A stretch of DNA of 64,000 nucleotides from Cloacimonetes bacterium SCGC AAA252-N17 (GCA_000404785.1 ASNI01000005.1:9914-73913), one strand, 5' to 3'. Positions 38,737-47,628 are shown, counted from the first letter of the stretch. Program-made: numbers and translations. Notes: generated by a model from the sequence alone, not told the origin.

Positions 38737-39093
38737 TTATTTTCCCAATTTCTTTTTCACATTTTTGACTATTTTTTCAAAAGCTTCGGGATTGTTTATC
38801 GCAAGTTCAGATAACATCTTTCGGTTGATCTCGATCTTCAATTCCTTGAGACCGTTCATGAACTGGCTGTAGCTCAATCCATGCTCGTGCACAGCTGCGT
38901 TAATGCGGATGATCCACAATCTTCTAAACTCTCTTTTGCGGGCTTTTCTATCCCGATAGGCATATTGCCAGCCCCTCTCAACTGCCTCGCGTGCAGCACG
39001 ATAGAGCTTTCTGCCACCCCTGTAACCTTTTGCCTCTTTGAGGATTTTCTTTCTTCTGTTTCTGGAAGCTACTTTATTTTTTGCTCTAGCCAT
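38737..39093 (-). CDS. rplT: 50S ribosomal protein L20
   Basis: [28 protein letters not shown]...[23 protein letters not shown]. Confidence 0.95.
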   Translation of the reverse strand: MARAKNKVASRNRRKKILKEAKGYRGGRKLYRAAREAVERGWQYAYRDRKARKREFRRLWIIRINAAVHEHGLSYSQFMNGLKELKIEINRKMLSELAINNPEAFEKIVKNVKKKLGK

Positions 39094-39118
39094 ACCAACT
39101 CCTTATAAAAATGTAATA

Positions 39119-39313
39119 TTATGATGCTAACATGTTCTTCACACGTTTTTCATCGGCTTTGGAAACATACCCACCCTTACGCAGGTTGGATTTTTGTTTG
39201 GATGATTTCTTTTCCATAAAATGACCGCGATACGCCTTGTTTCTTTTGATCTTACCGCTCGCTGTCTTCTTAAAACGTTTGGCTGCCGCTCTTCTTGTTT
39301 TTAGCTTTGGCAT
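39119..39313 (-). CDS. rpmI: 50S ribosomal protein L35
   Basis: [31 protein letters not shown]. Confidence 0.95.
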   Translation of the reverse strand: MPKLKTRRAAAKRFKKTASGKIKRNKAYRGHFMEKKSSKQKSNLRKGGYVSKADEKRVKNMLAS

Positions 39314-39353
39314 AATTAAAACTCCTTACTATGACTTTCCTTGCTATGATTCG

Positions 39354-39917
39354 CTAGCTTTGAATCTTTTTAGGTGACACGAAACCGATTAGGAAGCGAC
39401 CTTCCATCCTTGGTTCTTGTTCAAAATCACCACACTCTTCAAGTTCCTCTCGAATTCTTTTGATAAGTTCCCAGCCCATTTCTTTATGAGCCATTTCTCT
39501 TCCGCGGAATTGAATAGTGACTTTAACTTTATTTCCTTTTTCCAGGAATTCTTTGATGTGCTTGACCTTAAAATTATAGTCATGCTCATCAGTTCTGGGT
39601 CGGAATTTGACTTCTTTCAACTGTGTCGAATGCTGCTTTTTTTTTGCCTCACGAGCTTTCTTGGACTCTTCAAAAATCAGTTTGCTGTAATCGATTATCT
39701 TGCAAACCGGTGGATTTGCTTTCGGTGCTATTTCCACAAGATCAAGTCCATACTCGCGAGCTTTATGAAGAGCATCTTGAGTCGAAACAATACCCAGAGC
39801 TTCCTTATCGGGACCAATCAAACGAACATTTCTCGCAGTAATTTTTTCATTAATTTTCTTGTTGCTCTTATAGTTTTCCCGCTGTTTCCAGGGTTTAAAC
39901 CGTCTATTTATAGCGAT
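39354..39917 (-). CDS. infC: Translation initiation factor IF-3, non-AUG start
   Basis: The track ORF begins at an internal TTG. The frame stays open upstream (..INEKITARNVRLIGPDKEALGIVSTQDALHKAREYGLDLVEI). GGAGG (39928..39924) sits 6 nt before ATC 39917..39915, with an in-frame ATA at 39911. Atypical AUU/AUC/AUA starts are the known autoregulatory feature of infC. Confidence 0.85.
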   Translation of the reverse strand: MAINRRFKPWKQRENYKSNKKINEKITARNVRLIGPDKEALGIVSTQDALHKAREYGLDLVEIAPKANPPVCKIIDYSKLIFEESKKAREAKKKQHSTQLKEVKFRPRTDEHDYNFKVKHIKEFLEKGNKVKVTIQFRGREMAHKEMGWELIKRIREELEECGDFEQEPRMEGRFLIGFVSPKKIQS

Positions 39918-39930
39918 TAGACACCTCCAA

Positions 39931-40016
39931 ATAAAAAAGTGAACGCCTGCGGTTCACTTTCAATTCTATTGAAATTATTTCTTGTACCTTATCAACAGCT
40001 TTGGCGTCATAAGGTA
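39931..40016 (-). promoter_or_regulatory. Structured infC 5' leader with a terminator-like hairpin abutting the RBS
   Basis: Reading the minus strand: an 8-bp stem TACCTTAT/ATAAGGTA (39984..40016), the hairpin TTCAAT-aga-ATTGAA (about 39961..39975), then AGTGAAC-cgcaggc-GTTCACT followed by TTTTTTATTT (39958..39931) and immediately GGAGG. Confidence 0.4.
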
Positions 40017-40154
40017 GGAACTCGCAGTTCCTTTTTATGGTGTTACTTATTTTTCACATATTTTGAGCGTCAAGTTTTTATACTTTGGATGATTATCATG
40101 CTCTATCACATTTCTTTTTCTTGACGATTAAAGTCACGCTATTGTCTTGCTTCT

Positions 40155-41291
40155 ATGAAAAATATTTTCATGCTGGTCGGTGAGCGTTCCGCAGATGTCC
40201 ATGCGGCAGAAGTAATTAAGCAGTTCAAACAGAAAAACCCTTCCCTTAATATTTGGGGAATTGGCGGTCCGTTGATGCAGAAGCAGGGATTCGAATCCAT
40301 ATTCCCTTTTTCAAAATTTTCAATAATTGGTTTCGCAGAAGTAATCGGTCATCTTGGGTTCATTCTAAAAGTATTGCGAAAACTCAAATCTGAATTCATT
40401 GCCCGAAAACCCGATCTTGCTATACTCGTTGACTATCCCGGCATGAATATTCGAGTTGCAAAGATCGCCTACGAATTTGACATACCTGTTCTGTATTATA
40501 TCAGCCCGCAGGTGTGGGCATGGAAGAAAAAGCGTATTCATAAAATTGCCAAATACTCTGATAAGATCGCAGTGATTTTTCCGTTTGAAAATGAGCTTTA
40601 TGAAGAGATCGGCGCTGATGTTGAATACGTAGGACATCCAATAAGTGAGGAAATCACAATATCTGAAACACAAGAAGAATTTGCCGAAAAATACTCCCTC
40701 GATCTTAAAAAGGATTGGGTAGGATTTATCCCGGGAAGCAGAAATGTGGAAATCAAAAGAATTCTCCCTGAAATTGTTGAAACGATCAAAAACTTAAAAA
40801 ACATCTATAAAGATTCTTATCAATTTCTCCTATCTCAAGCTGATTCCGTATCAGATGAGCTATTTCAAAAAATCCTCTCTCCTGTGAAGAAAGATGTCAC
40901 GATAATTCATGACACACACACGCTCATGAAATACTGCAAGGTCGTTGTGTGCAAATCCGGCACTTCCACGCTGGAAACCGGCTATCTTGGCACACCCATG
41001 GTAGTTGTCTATAAAACCTCATCGCTTTCATATTTTATAGCACGAGCTTTCATAAAGATCAATATGATCGCTCTTGCAAATATTGTGATCGGGGAAAAAG
41101 TGGTGCCGGAACTCATTCAACATGCTGCATCTGCCGAGAATATCACAAAAGAGGTCAGCTTATTTCTTGAAGATGACAATTACTATCAAAAAACAAGAAA
41201 TAAACTGTGTATCATAAAAGAAAAATTGGGAAAATTCAACACCTCTGAAAAAGTTGCATTAGTTGCGATTTCAATGATCAATGAAACATAA
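40155..41291 (+). CDS. lpxB: Lipid-A-disaccharide synthase
   Basis: IFMLVGERSADVHAAEVIKQFK...IWGIGGPLMQKQGF...VDYPGMNIRVAK...YYISPQVWAWKKKRI...VIFPFE...VEYVGHP is the canonical LpxB pattern. Confidence 0.85.
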   Translation: MKNIFMLVGERSADVHAAEVIKQFKQKNPSLNIWGIGGPLMQKQGFESIFPFSKFSIIGFAEVIGHLGFILKVLRKLKSEFIARKPDLAILVDYPGMNIRVAKIAYEFDIPVLYYISPQVWAWKKKRIHKIAKYSDKIAVIFPFENELYEEIGADVEYVGHPISEEITISETQEEFAEKYSLDLKKDWVGFIPGSRNVEIKRILPEIVETIKNLKNIYKDSYQFLLSQADSVSDELFQKILSPVKKDVTIIHDTHTLMKYCKVVVCKSGTSTLETGYLGTPMVVVYKTSSLSYFIARAFIKINMIALANIVIGEKVVPELIQHAASAENITKEVSLFLEDDNYYQKTRNKLCIIKEKLGKFNTSEKVALVAISMINET

Positions 41292-41895
41292 AACACTTCT
41301 TAATCTGGTTGAAAAACTAGGACCGTCATTAATAAAACTTCTCATGGGCACTCTGCGCATCAAGGAGTACGATAAACACAATCTCATATCTGCAAAAGAA
41401 ACTCACGGAACAGTCATATATACTTTCTGGCATAGCAGGATGCTTATCCCTACTTATACACATATAAACCAGCTTGTTCATGTACTTATTTCCCAGCATC
41501 GGGACGGCGAATATATTGCCCGCGTGATCAGGGGACTTGGTTTTGGAACTATTCGCGGCTCTTCACGGCGTGGCGGAATGAAAGCATTAAAAGAGGCATT
41601 CGTCATCTCAAAAAAATTTGATATAGCCCTTACGCCAGACGGTCCGACAGGTCCCAAGGAGATCGTTAAAGACGGGGCATTATATTTAGCATATCGGACA
41701 GGGAAGCCCATCATACCAATGGTTTTTCTAATTAAATCAAGGTGGGAACTTCATAGCTGGGATAATTTTATGATCCCCAAACCCTTCTCCCCTGTGAAGA
41801 TGATTTATGGGAAACCGATTTTTGTAAAAACAAAGTCTGAAATACCTGAAAAAAGAGATGAACTTCAGAAAATGTTAATAAATTATTCTTCCTAG
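41281..41895 (+). CDS. DUF374 family protein (lysophospholipid acyltransferase-like, lipid A/Kdo neighbourhood)
   Basis: FWHSRML...LISQHRDGEYIARVIRGLGFGTIRGSSRRGGMKAL...ALTPDGPTGP, overlapping the lpxB end. Confidence 0.7.
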   Translation: MKHKTLLNLVEKLGPSLIKLLMGTLRIKEYDKHNLISAKETHGTVIYTFWHSRMLIPTYTHINQLVHVLISQHRDGEYIARVIRGLGFGTIRGSSRRGGMKALKEAFVISKKFDIALTPDGPTGPKEIVKDGALYLAYRTGKPIIPMVFLIKSRWELHSWDNFMIPKPFSPVKMIYGKPIFVKTKSEIPEKRDELQKMLINYSS

Positions 41896-42236
41896 AAGAA
41901 ACTTAGAAATAACTGCACGAGTTTTATTATTATAAAAAATATTAAAATGCCAATTCCCGAAAATAGAAAAACTGTAATCATTTCTGTAGTAAAGAAGGGG
42001 TTGCTGTTAGTATGTTTATGTTTGTTTTTGTGTTTTTGAACTTTTTTATTCTTAGAACGTTTTTTCGCAGACATGATACGGAATTCGCTTTTTTTCAACC
42101 ATTCAACATATCCATTACTATCTCTAAATGGATACAATCCCTTTCTTCTCTTATGATAAAAATCCTTCATGTCCATACCGGAGCGTTCGGCATCATCTTT
42201 AAATATTCTGTATAGAATTTCATTATTGGTACTCAT
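41892..42236 (-). CDS. Hypothetical tail-anchored membrane protein (114 aa)
   Basis: Soluble N-terminal half, a highly basic linker (KKRSKNKKVQKHKNKHKH) and a single C-terminal TM helix. The stop overlaps the convergent DUF374 stop. No family recognised. Confidence 0.4.
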   Translation of the reverse strand: MSTNNEILYRIFKDDAERSGMDMKDFYHKRRKGLYPFRDSNGYVEWLKKSEFRIMSAKKRSKNKKVQKHKNKHKHTNSNPFFTTEMITVFLFSGIGILIFFIIIKLVQLFLSFF

Positions 42237-42374
42237 AGTGGTTTTTAAGTTGAAATCTCACATTTGTGTCAATAAAATCAAGCTCTCACAAAACTCATTA
42301 ATTAAAAAACTTGCATTAATTTTACTGCCCCAAAAATTTTACCCACTAATATATTCTTTAAGGAGTTTATCAGA

Positions 42375-44168
42375 ATGTTAGATAAAATGCGTGCTATTTA
42401 TCGTCCTGTTATCTGGGTAGTTGCAATCGTATTCATCGGCGGTATGGCAACAATGGGTATCAGCAGCGTTTTTCAGGAAAAACCTTATGTGGGGCAAATT
42501 GCAGGTGAGAAAATTAAATATGATGAATATTATAAATTATTACAAAACACCTATACAAATTACATGCAGGATCCTGCCAATCAAGGTAAAGAGATCGATG
42601 ATGCAATGTATCGCCGATTGAATGACCAAACATGGGATCAGTTAGTTCAGAGGATCATTCTCGATAAGCAAATCAACAGATTTGATATCCAGGTTTCTCC
42701 CAAAGAAGTTGCTACGAAGATGATCAACGAACCTCCTGAAATGATCACTACCTATGAAGCTTTTCAGACTGATGGACAATTTGACAAGAACAAGTATTTG
42801 CAGGCATTGCAGAATCCTCAAATCGACTGGAACTGGCTTTCCGGCTACTACGAACAGCTCCTGCGGTATGAAAAGCTCAGAAGTTTTGTTAATGCAGATG
42901 TCATCATCACTGATCAGATAGTCATTGAAGATTTTATCAAAAAAGAAACCAAAGTGAAAGCTGATATCATCGTATTTGCTGCAGATCAGATCGATTCTGT
43001 TTATGTTTCCGATGAAGAGATTGCAGAATATTACGATAAAAATCGTGGAAACTACAAAGAAAACCCTCAACGAAAATATCGTTATGTTACGATTCCTTTA
43101 GTACCGAGTCCTGAAGATAGAAAAGCAGCAGAAGATAAAATAAATAAGATATATGAATTTGCTATTTCGGGTGAGGATTTTGCAGAACTCGCACGAGAAT
43201 ATTCAGAAGGTCCATCAGGTCCCGAGGGTGGAGATCTTGGTTATTTCACCAAAGGAAAAATGGTAAAAGAATTCGAAGATGCTGCCTTTGCACTGAAAAT
43301 TAATGGGGTTAGTGAACCAGTAAAAACACAATTTGGCTGGCATATAATCAAAGCTACAGATTTTCGAACCAATGAGAATGGTGAAGAAGAGATGAGAGCG
43401 AGCCATATTCTCGTAAAGGTTGAACCCGGAGCTGATGCACGAAGAGATATTGAAACTGTTGCTCAAGGTTTTTATGAAAATGTACAGGCAGACAGCTTTA
43501 TTGTCATTGCCGAAGACCACGGACTGGAAGTAAAGGAATCAGAACCTTTTGCAGAGGATGCACGCTATATTTCTGGACTTGGCAGAGCACAGATGCTCAT
43601 AGATTTTGCTTTCAAAAATAAAGTGGGAGATGTGGCACCGCCCTATCGAAGCGACAAGGGTGAATATTTCGTTGCCCAGATATCTTATAAAATCGGAGAA
43701 CACTATAAAGCCCTTAAAAATGTGAAACAGGAAATTTATGATAAGATCACAATGCAAAAAAAGATGAAGATAAAAAAAGTAGAAGCCAAAGAGATCGCTC
43801 CAATTCTCACTCCGGAAAATTTTGCGGAAATAACAAAAGACAATGATCTTAAAGTCGTTAATACTGATTTTATCTCGGAAACCAGTTTTATTCCCGATGT
43901 GGGTCGTGAAGTCAAACTCGTGCAGGAAATGATCGAACTGAAAACACCCGGATCAATCACGGATGTTATAAGAGGAAACAAAGCTTACTTTATTGCAAAG
44001 ATCGTTGAATTCCAAAGTCCTGATATGGCAAAGTTTGAAGAAAAGAAGGAAGCTCAGAGAATTCAGGTGGAGAATCAGCTCTTTAATCAAAATTATAATC
44101 AATGGTATGCCAAAACAAAGGAAGAGGCGAAAGTCAAAGATTGGCGTAGTAAATTCTTCCGTCTCTAA
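42375..44168 (+). CDS. Periplasmic chaperone / parvulin-type peptidyl-prolyl isomerase (PpiD/SurA-like)
   Basis: N-terminal TM anchor, a SurA-N-like region and a parvulin domain (GGDLGYFTKGKMVKEFEDAAFALKINGVSEPVKTQFGWHIIK). Confidence 0.75.
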   Translation: MLDKMRAIYRPVIWVVAIVFIGGMATMGISSVFQEKPYVGQIAGEKIKYDEYYKLLQNTYTNYMQDPANQGKEIDDAMYRRLNDQTWDQLVQRIILDKQINRFDIQVSPKEVATKMINEPPEMITTYEAFQTDGQFDKNKYLQALQNPQIDWNWLSGYYEQLLRYEKLRSFVNADVIITDQIVIEDFIKKETKVKADIIVFAADQIDSVYVSDEEIAEYYDKNRGNYKENPQRKYRYVTIPLVPSPEDRKAAEDKINKIYEFAISGEDFAELAREYSEGPSGPEGGDLGYFTKGKMVKEFEDAAFALKINGVSEPVKTQFGWHIIKATDFRTNENGEEEMRASHILVKVEPGADARRDIETVAQGFYENVQADSFIVIAEDHGLEVKESEPFAEDARYISGLGRAQMLIDFAFKNKVGDVAPPYRSDKGEYFVAQISYKIGEHYKALKNVKQEIYDKITMQKKMKIKKVEAKEIAPILTPENFAEITKDNDLKVVNTDFISETSFIPDVGREVKLVQEMIELKTPGSITDVIRGNKAYFIAKIVEFQSPDMAKFEEKKEAQRIQVENQLFNQNYNQWYAKTKEEAKVKDWRSKFFRL

Positions 44169-44310
44169 TCTGAATAAACTATATCATTCAAGTTTCGCAG
44201 TAGATATTATAAAAAGTATTAGCCCAATTTTATTTATTTGGAAGTAAGCAAAGTCTTGTCAATAAAATCATATTATATTGAGTTAAAGTTATGCTTTACC
44301 AAGCCAGTCT

Positions 44311-44502
44311 TCATTGCATTACGCCTTGGTAAACTTGTGACAGTGAAATAAATAAAAAGATTTCACAGGTTAAAAATAAATAGATTACTTGCTTTACCAA
44401 GCTGGGGCTTGGTAACCAGAATCTAAACGCATAATCAATAAGCCGTTCCTGTAAATCGAACTTCTTTTGATTATTTTCTTTATTCTTTTCTTTCCCACTC
44501 AT
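44311..44502 (-). pseudogene. Truncated remnant of a four-helix-bundle (23S rRNA IVS-type, TIGR02436-like) protein gene
   Basis: Only the first ~30 codons look genuine (…NNQKKFDLQERLIDYAFRF, resembling the FDLEERLIDFAVRI N-terminus of that family as I recall it). After that the frame runs through a DNA hairpin into hydrophobic nonsense. Confidence 0.35.
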
Positions 44503-44719
44503 TTATTTTTTCCCTTCATACTTGGATATTCCGTGCCTGCCCCGTGTAATCTTCTTTTTTTATTACACTGGGGTTGGATATTGGATATTATTTCTAACTT
44601 ACCCACTTAATTCTTCAAAGAGCCGTTTTTTAAGTAATTCCCATTCCTGCGAGACTTCAATTGTATAACAATAGGGCGAAAATAAAATTCACCTTTTTGT
44701 TATTGTAAAAAAAAATATC

Positions 44720-45082
44720 TTATTGTAATTTATGGTCTGGGAAATCTGCTTCGTTGGGACATATCACAATGATTTCACCGGTTTCATAATCACCGCTTGC
44801 AATATATTTATCACCATTTCCATTCTCGGGACACTCATAAGCATGTCGCAGATAACCGGTGCGTACCAGTTCTACAAGATCCCCAGAAAAGGACTGCTTT
44901 CTTTCAAACATATAGTTATCAATAGCATCTCTTACCTTTTTCATATTTTCAATACACAGGTCTGTTTTTTCCTGCGCCTTCACATTATAGAACTGGGGAA
45001 CAAGAAGGATGAATGCCAGCGCAATTATCGCTATAATGCTTATTACTGTATAAATTGAGAATCCTTTACTATTTCTGAGCAT
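44720..45082 (-). CDS. Orphan prepilin/pseudopilin-like protein with a degenerate N-terminal cleavage/methylation motif
   Basis: MLRNSKGFSIYTVISIIAIIALAFILLVPQF has a KGFS processing-site-like motif plus a hydrophobic helix, but Thr replaces the conserved Glu+5. Small Cys-containing globular domain. Confidence 0.5.
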   Translation of the reverse strand: MLRNSKGFSIYTVISIIAIIALAFILLVPQFYNVKAQEKTDLCIENMKKVRDAIDNYMFERKQSFSGDLVELVRTGYLRHAYECPENGNGDKYIASGDYETGEIIVICPNEADFPDHKLQ

Positions 45083-45139
45083 TATTATCTCCTAAAATTT
45101 TTGTATAAATGAATTTCATGGCTTTGTTCAGTCAAGTTT

Positions 45140-45718
45140 TTAATCCAAATCTTTGGGTTCAAATCTTTTGCAAAAAGAAATAGGGATGAGAGCTTTGATC
45201 TTCACATCTTCTCCATGAATTATTTCAATTACCTTTCCCTGCATCTGTTCAATTTTGTACAGCATCTCACCAAGTTCTCTGTAATTCGTTTCAATGAGCA
45301 TTAGTTTTTTATTCGTTCTTGTCACGATTCGTGACTCTTTTATTGCCTTCTGGGCTGCTTCAGTATAAGATTTTATCAAACCACCAATACCGAGTTTGAT
45401 TCCACCAAAATATCTAACGACAACAAGCAGGACATTCAATAACTCATCCCCTTCAAGCACCTTTAAGATTGGAGGTCCTGAAGAATGTGACGGCTCTCCT
45501 GCATCTGTAGCATATTCTCTTATAGAATCCCCGTCAATTAATCTGTAGGCATATACAATATGTGTGGGTTTCCTGAACTCATCTTCAACTTCCTTGAGAA
45601 TAGTATTTACCTTAGCTAATGAGGTGACATGATAGATTCTACCATGGAACTTAGAATTTTTTATGTTCAACTTGATCCATTGAGAATCTTTTATTGTCTT
45701 ATACTGTTCTAACATCAT
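45140..45718 (-). CDS. yigZ: YigZ/IMPACT family protein (UPF0029)
   Basis: IKNSKFHGRIYHV...PTHIVYAYRL...ATDAGEPSHSSGPPILKVL...LLVVVRYFGGIKLGIGGLIKSYTEAA. Confidence 0.8.
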   Translation of the reverse strand: MMLEQYKTIKDSQWIKLNIKNSKFHGRIYHVTSLAKVNTILKEVEDEFRKPTHIVYAYRLIDGDSIREYATDAGEPSHSSGPPILKVLEGDELLNVLLVVVRYFGGIKLGIGGLIKSYTEAAQKAIKESRIVTRTNKKLMLIETNYRELGEMLYKIEQMQGKVIEIIHGEDVKIKALIPISFCKRFEPKDLD

Positions 45719-45792
45719 AGTGTTGATAAATTATGCTGAGTTTTTTGTCAATATTTGTTGACATTATTTTACCGTCGAGGTGGGTTATAACC

Positions 45793-46260
45793 GTGAAAGA
45801 AACGATCCTTGTCAGTGCATGTCTTCTTGGATTGCGTTGTTGTTATAACGGATGTAATAACACCGATCAACCGGTTTTAGATCTGAGAGATAAATATATA
45901 CTTATTCCGGTATGTCCGGAACAACTGGGTGGATTACAAACACCTCGTCCCCCTTCCTTCTTTATTAAAGGCGACGGCTCTCAGACACTTGAAGGAATCG
46001 ATAACCTAATAAATGATCAGAACGAGAATGTTTCTTCACACTTTCGAAAAGGCGCTGAAGAAGCCCTGAAAATTTGTCGGCTTTTCAATATAAAAACAGC
46101 GATCCTGAAGGAAAGAAGCCCTTCCTGCGGTACTCATCAAATTTATTTAAAAGAAAAATTGACAAAAGGTATGGGAGTGACTGCTACAATACTTAAATCC
46201 AATGACATACGTATTATGTCGGAAAACGATATAAGGAGACCAGATGAAAGGAAAAACTAA
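45793..46260 (+). CDS. DUF523 family protein
   Basis: ILVSACLLGLRCCYNG...IPVCPEQLGGLQTPRPP...KERSPSCG is typical of DUF523. GTG 45793 follows GAGGTGG. Confidence 0.7.
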   Translation: MKETILVSACLLGLRCCYNGCNNTDQPVLDLRDKYILIPVCPEQLGGLQTPRPPSFFIKGDGSQTLEGIDNLINDQNENVSSHFRKGAEEALKICRLFNIKTAILKERSPSCGTHQIYLKEKLTKGMGVTATILKSNDIRIMSENDIRRPDERKN

Positions 46261-46450
46261 ATGGTTTAGTAAAAACAAGGGATACGGATTCATTACCGGT
46301 GACGACGGCAAAGAATATTTTGTTCATTGGCGTTCTATCGAAAGTGGTGGCTACAGAACCCTCGTAGAAGATGAAGAAGTCGAATTTGACGCTACCGAAA
46401 CTGATAAGGGAGGCCAGGCAACAAACGTCAGAAGAACGCATGAATTGTAA
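46244..46450 (+). CDS. cspA: Cold-shock domain protein
   Basis: KGKTKWFSKNKGYGFITGDDGKEYFVHWRSI (RNP1/RNP2 motifs), 68 aa. The start overlaps the DUF523 3' end by 17 nt. Confidence 0.9.
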   Translation: MKGKTKWFSKNKGYGFITGDDGKEYFVHWRSIESGGYRTLVEDEEVEFDATETDKGGQATNVRRTHEL

Positions 46451-46464
46451 TTGCAATAACACAT

Positions 46465-47628
46465 ATGCATAATAAGGAACATTTTTTAGATAATCTTTAT
46501 AAAGAAACGAATCTTCATGAAGAGGAGTATTTCTCTAAGTATGCGACCAAGAACATTGAAGCATACAGAAAAATTGCAGAGCACGAGAAGTGTCTTCGCG
46601 GACCCTTTACGATAGATCGTGATAGAATAATTTACACAGGAGCATATAGAAGGTATCAAGGGAAAACCCAGGTTGTGTACTTCTCCAATCTCTTTGATGA
46701 AGAGATGTCAAACCGCAGTTTGCATACAACTTACGTAGCGCAAGTATCCCGCAGCATTGGCAAACTACTTCGGCTCAATCTCGATCTGATAGAAGCGATC
46801 GCTCTCGGACACGATCTCGGGCATCCGCCTTTTGGTCACGACGGCGAAGAGTTGCTTAGTGAGTGCTGTGTAAAGCATGGCATCGGACGGTTTCATCATA
46901 ATATTGAAAGTTTATTCATTATTGATCATATCACGAACCATGGAAAGGGGTTGAATCTCACCTTTCAAGTTCGCGATGGCATCGTATCTCATGATGGAGA
47001 AGTTCATGATGAACAACTTCATCCAAAAAGAGATAAGACAGAAAAAGATCTGGAAGAATTCATCGAGACGATGAAAACTGATGATACAACCAGTCCTCCC
47101 GCCACTTTAGAAGCGTGCATTGTGCGCATCTCAGATACGATCGCTTACATCGGTCAGGACATCGAGGATGCGATACGAATGGGATTTCTTAACAGGGAAG
47201 AACTTCCAAAAGATGCGATCCACAAACTGGGCTCTACCAATGATGAAATCCTGAGCACCCTCATTACAAATGTTATTTATAACAGCTTTGATAAAGACTA
47301 TGTTGCTTTTGACAAAGAAACTTCTGATGCATTGTATGAACTGAAATGTTTTAATTACAAGAAAATTTATAATCATCCTTGTATAAAAAAAGAAAAAATC
47401 ACGATTCAGCGTGGCATGAAAATTCTTTTTGATAAATACATGACCGATCTTGAGAAAAAACATACCGACTCAAAAATCTTCAATCATTTTCTCAATCATA
47501 AAAGTAATCAATATATCAAAGATACAAATGATGCAGAGAAAGTACGAGATTTCATCGCCACAATGACCGATCGCTACTTTAACCAGGAGCTCGAAGATTA
47601 CATTCTTCCCGGAAGAGCTTCAGAATAA
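46465..47628 (+). CDS. dGTPase-like HD-domain phosphohydrolase
   Basis: FTIDRDRIIYTGAYRRYQGKTQV...RSLHTTYVAQVSRSIG...ALGHDLGHPPFGHDGE...RISDTIAYIGQDIEDA. Confidence 0.8.
   Translation: MHNKEHFLDNLYKETNLHEEEYFSKYATKNIEAYRKIAEHEKCLRGPFTIDRDRIIYTGAYRRYQGKTQVVYFSNLFDEEMSNRSLHTTYVAQVSRSIGKLLRLNLDLIEAIALGHDLGHPPFGHDGEELLSECCVKHGIGRFHHNIESLFIIDHITNHGKGLNLTFQVRDGIVSHDGEVHDEQLHPKRDKTEKDLEEFIETMKTDDTTSPPATLEACIVRISDTIAYIGQDIEDAIRMGFLNREELPKDAIHKLGSTNDEILSTLITNVIYNSFDKDYVAFDKETSDALYELKCFNYKKIYNHPCIKKEKITIQRGMKILFDKYMTDLEKKHTDSKIFNHFLNHKSNQYIKDTNDAEKVRDFIATMTDRYFNQELEDYILPGRASE

Noticed and set aside
39939-40124. 61-aa + strand ORF in the infC/lpxB intergenic region
   Set aside because: There is no RBS and the peptide is hydrophobic nonsense. 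The DNA is better explained as divergent promoter and leader sequence containing several hairpins.
40121-40145. Sigma-70-like promoter for lpxB (TTGACG ... TATTGT)
   Set aside because: By my count the spacer is only 13 nt, too short for a canonical -35/-10 pair. Promoter consensus for this lineage is unknown, so I did not call promoters.
46465-47628. dGTPase-like HD protein as a possible anti-phage dNTP-depletion defence gene
   Set aside because: dGTPase homologues are widespread housekeeping genes. This one sits among core genes (csp, prfB, lysS) with native-looking composition and no defence neighbours. There is no sequence-level reason to call it a defence gene.
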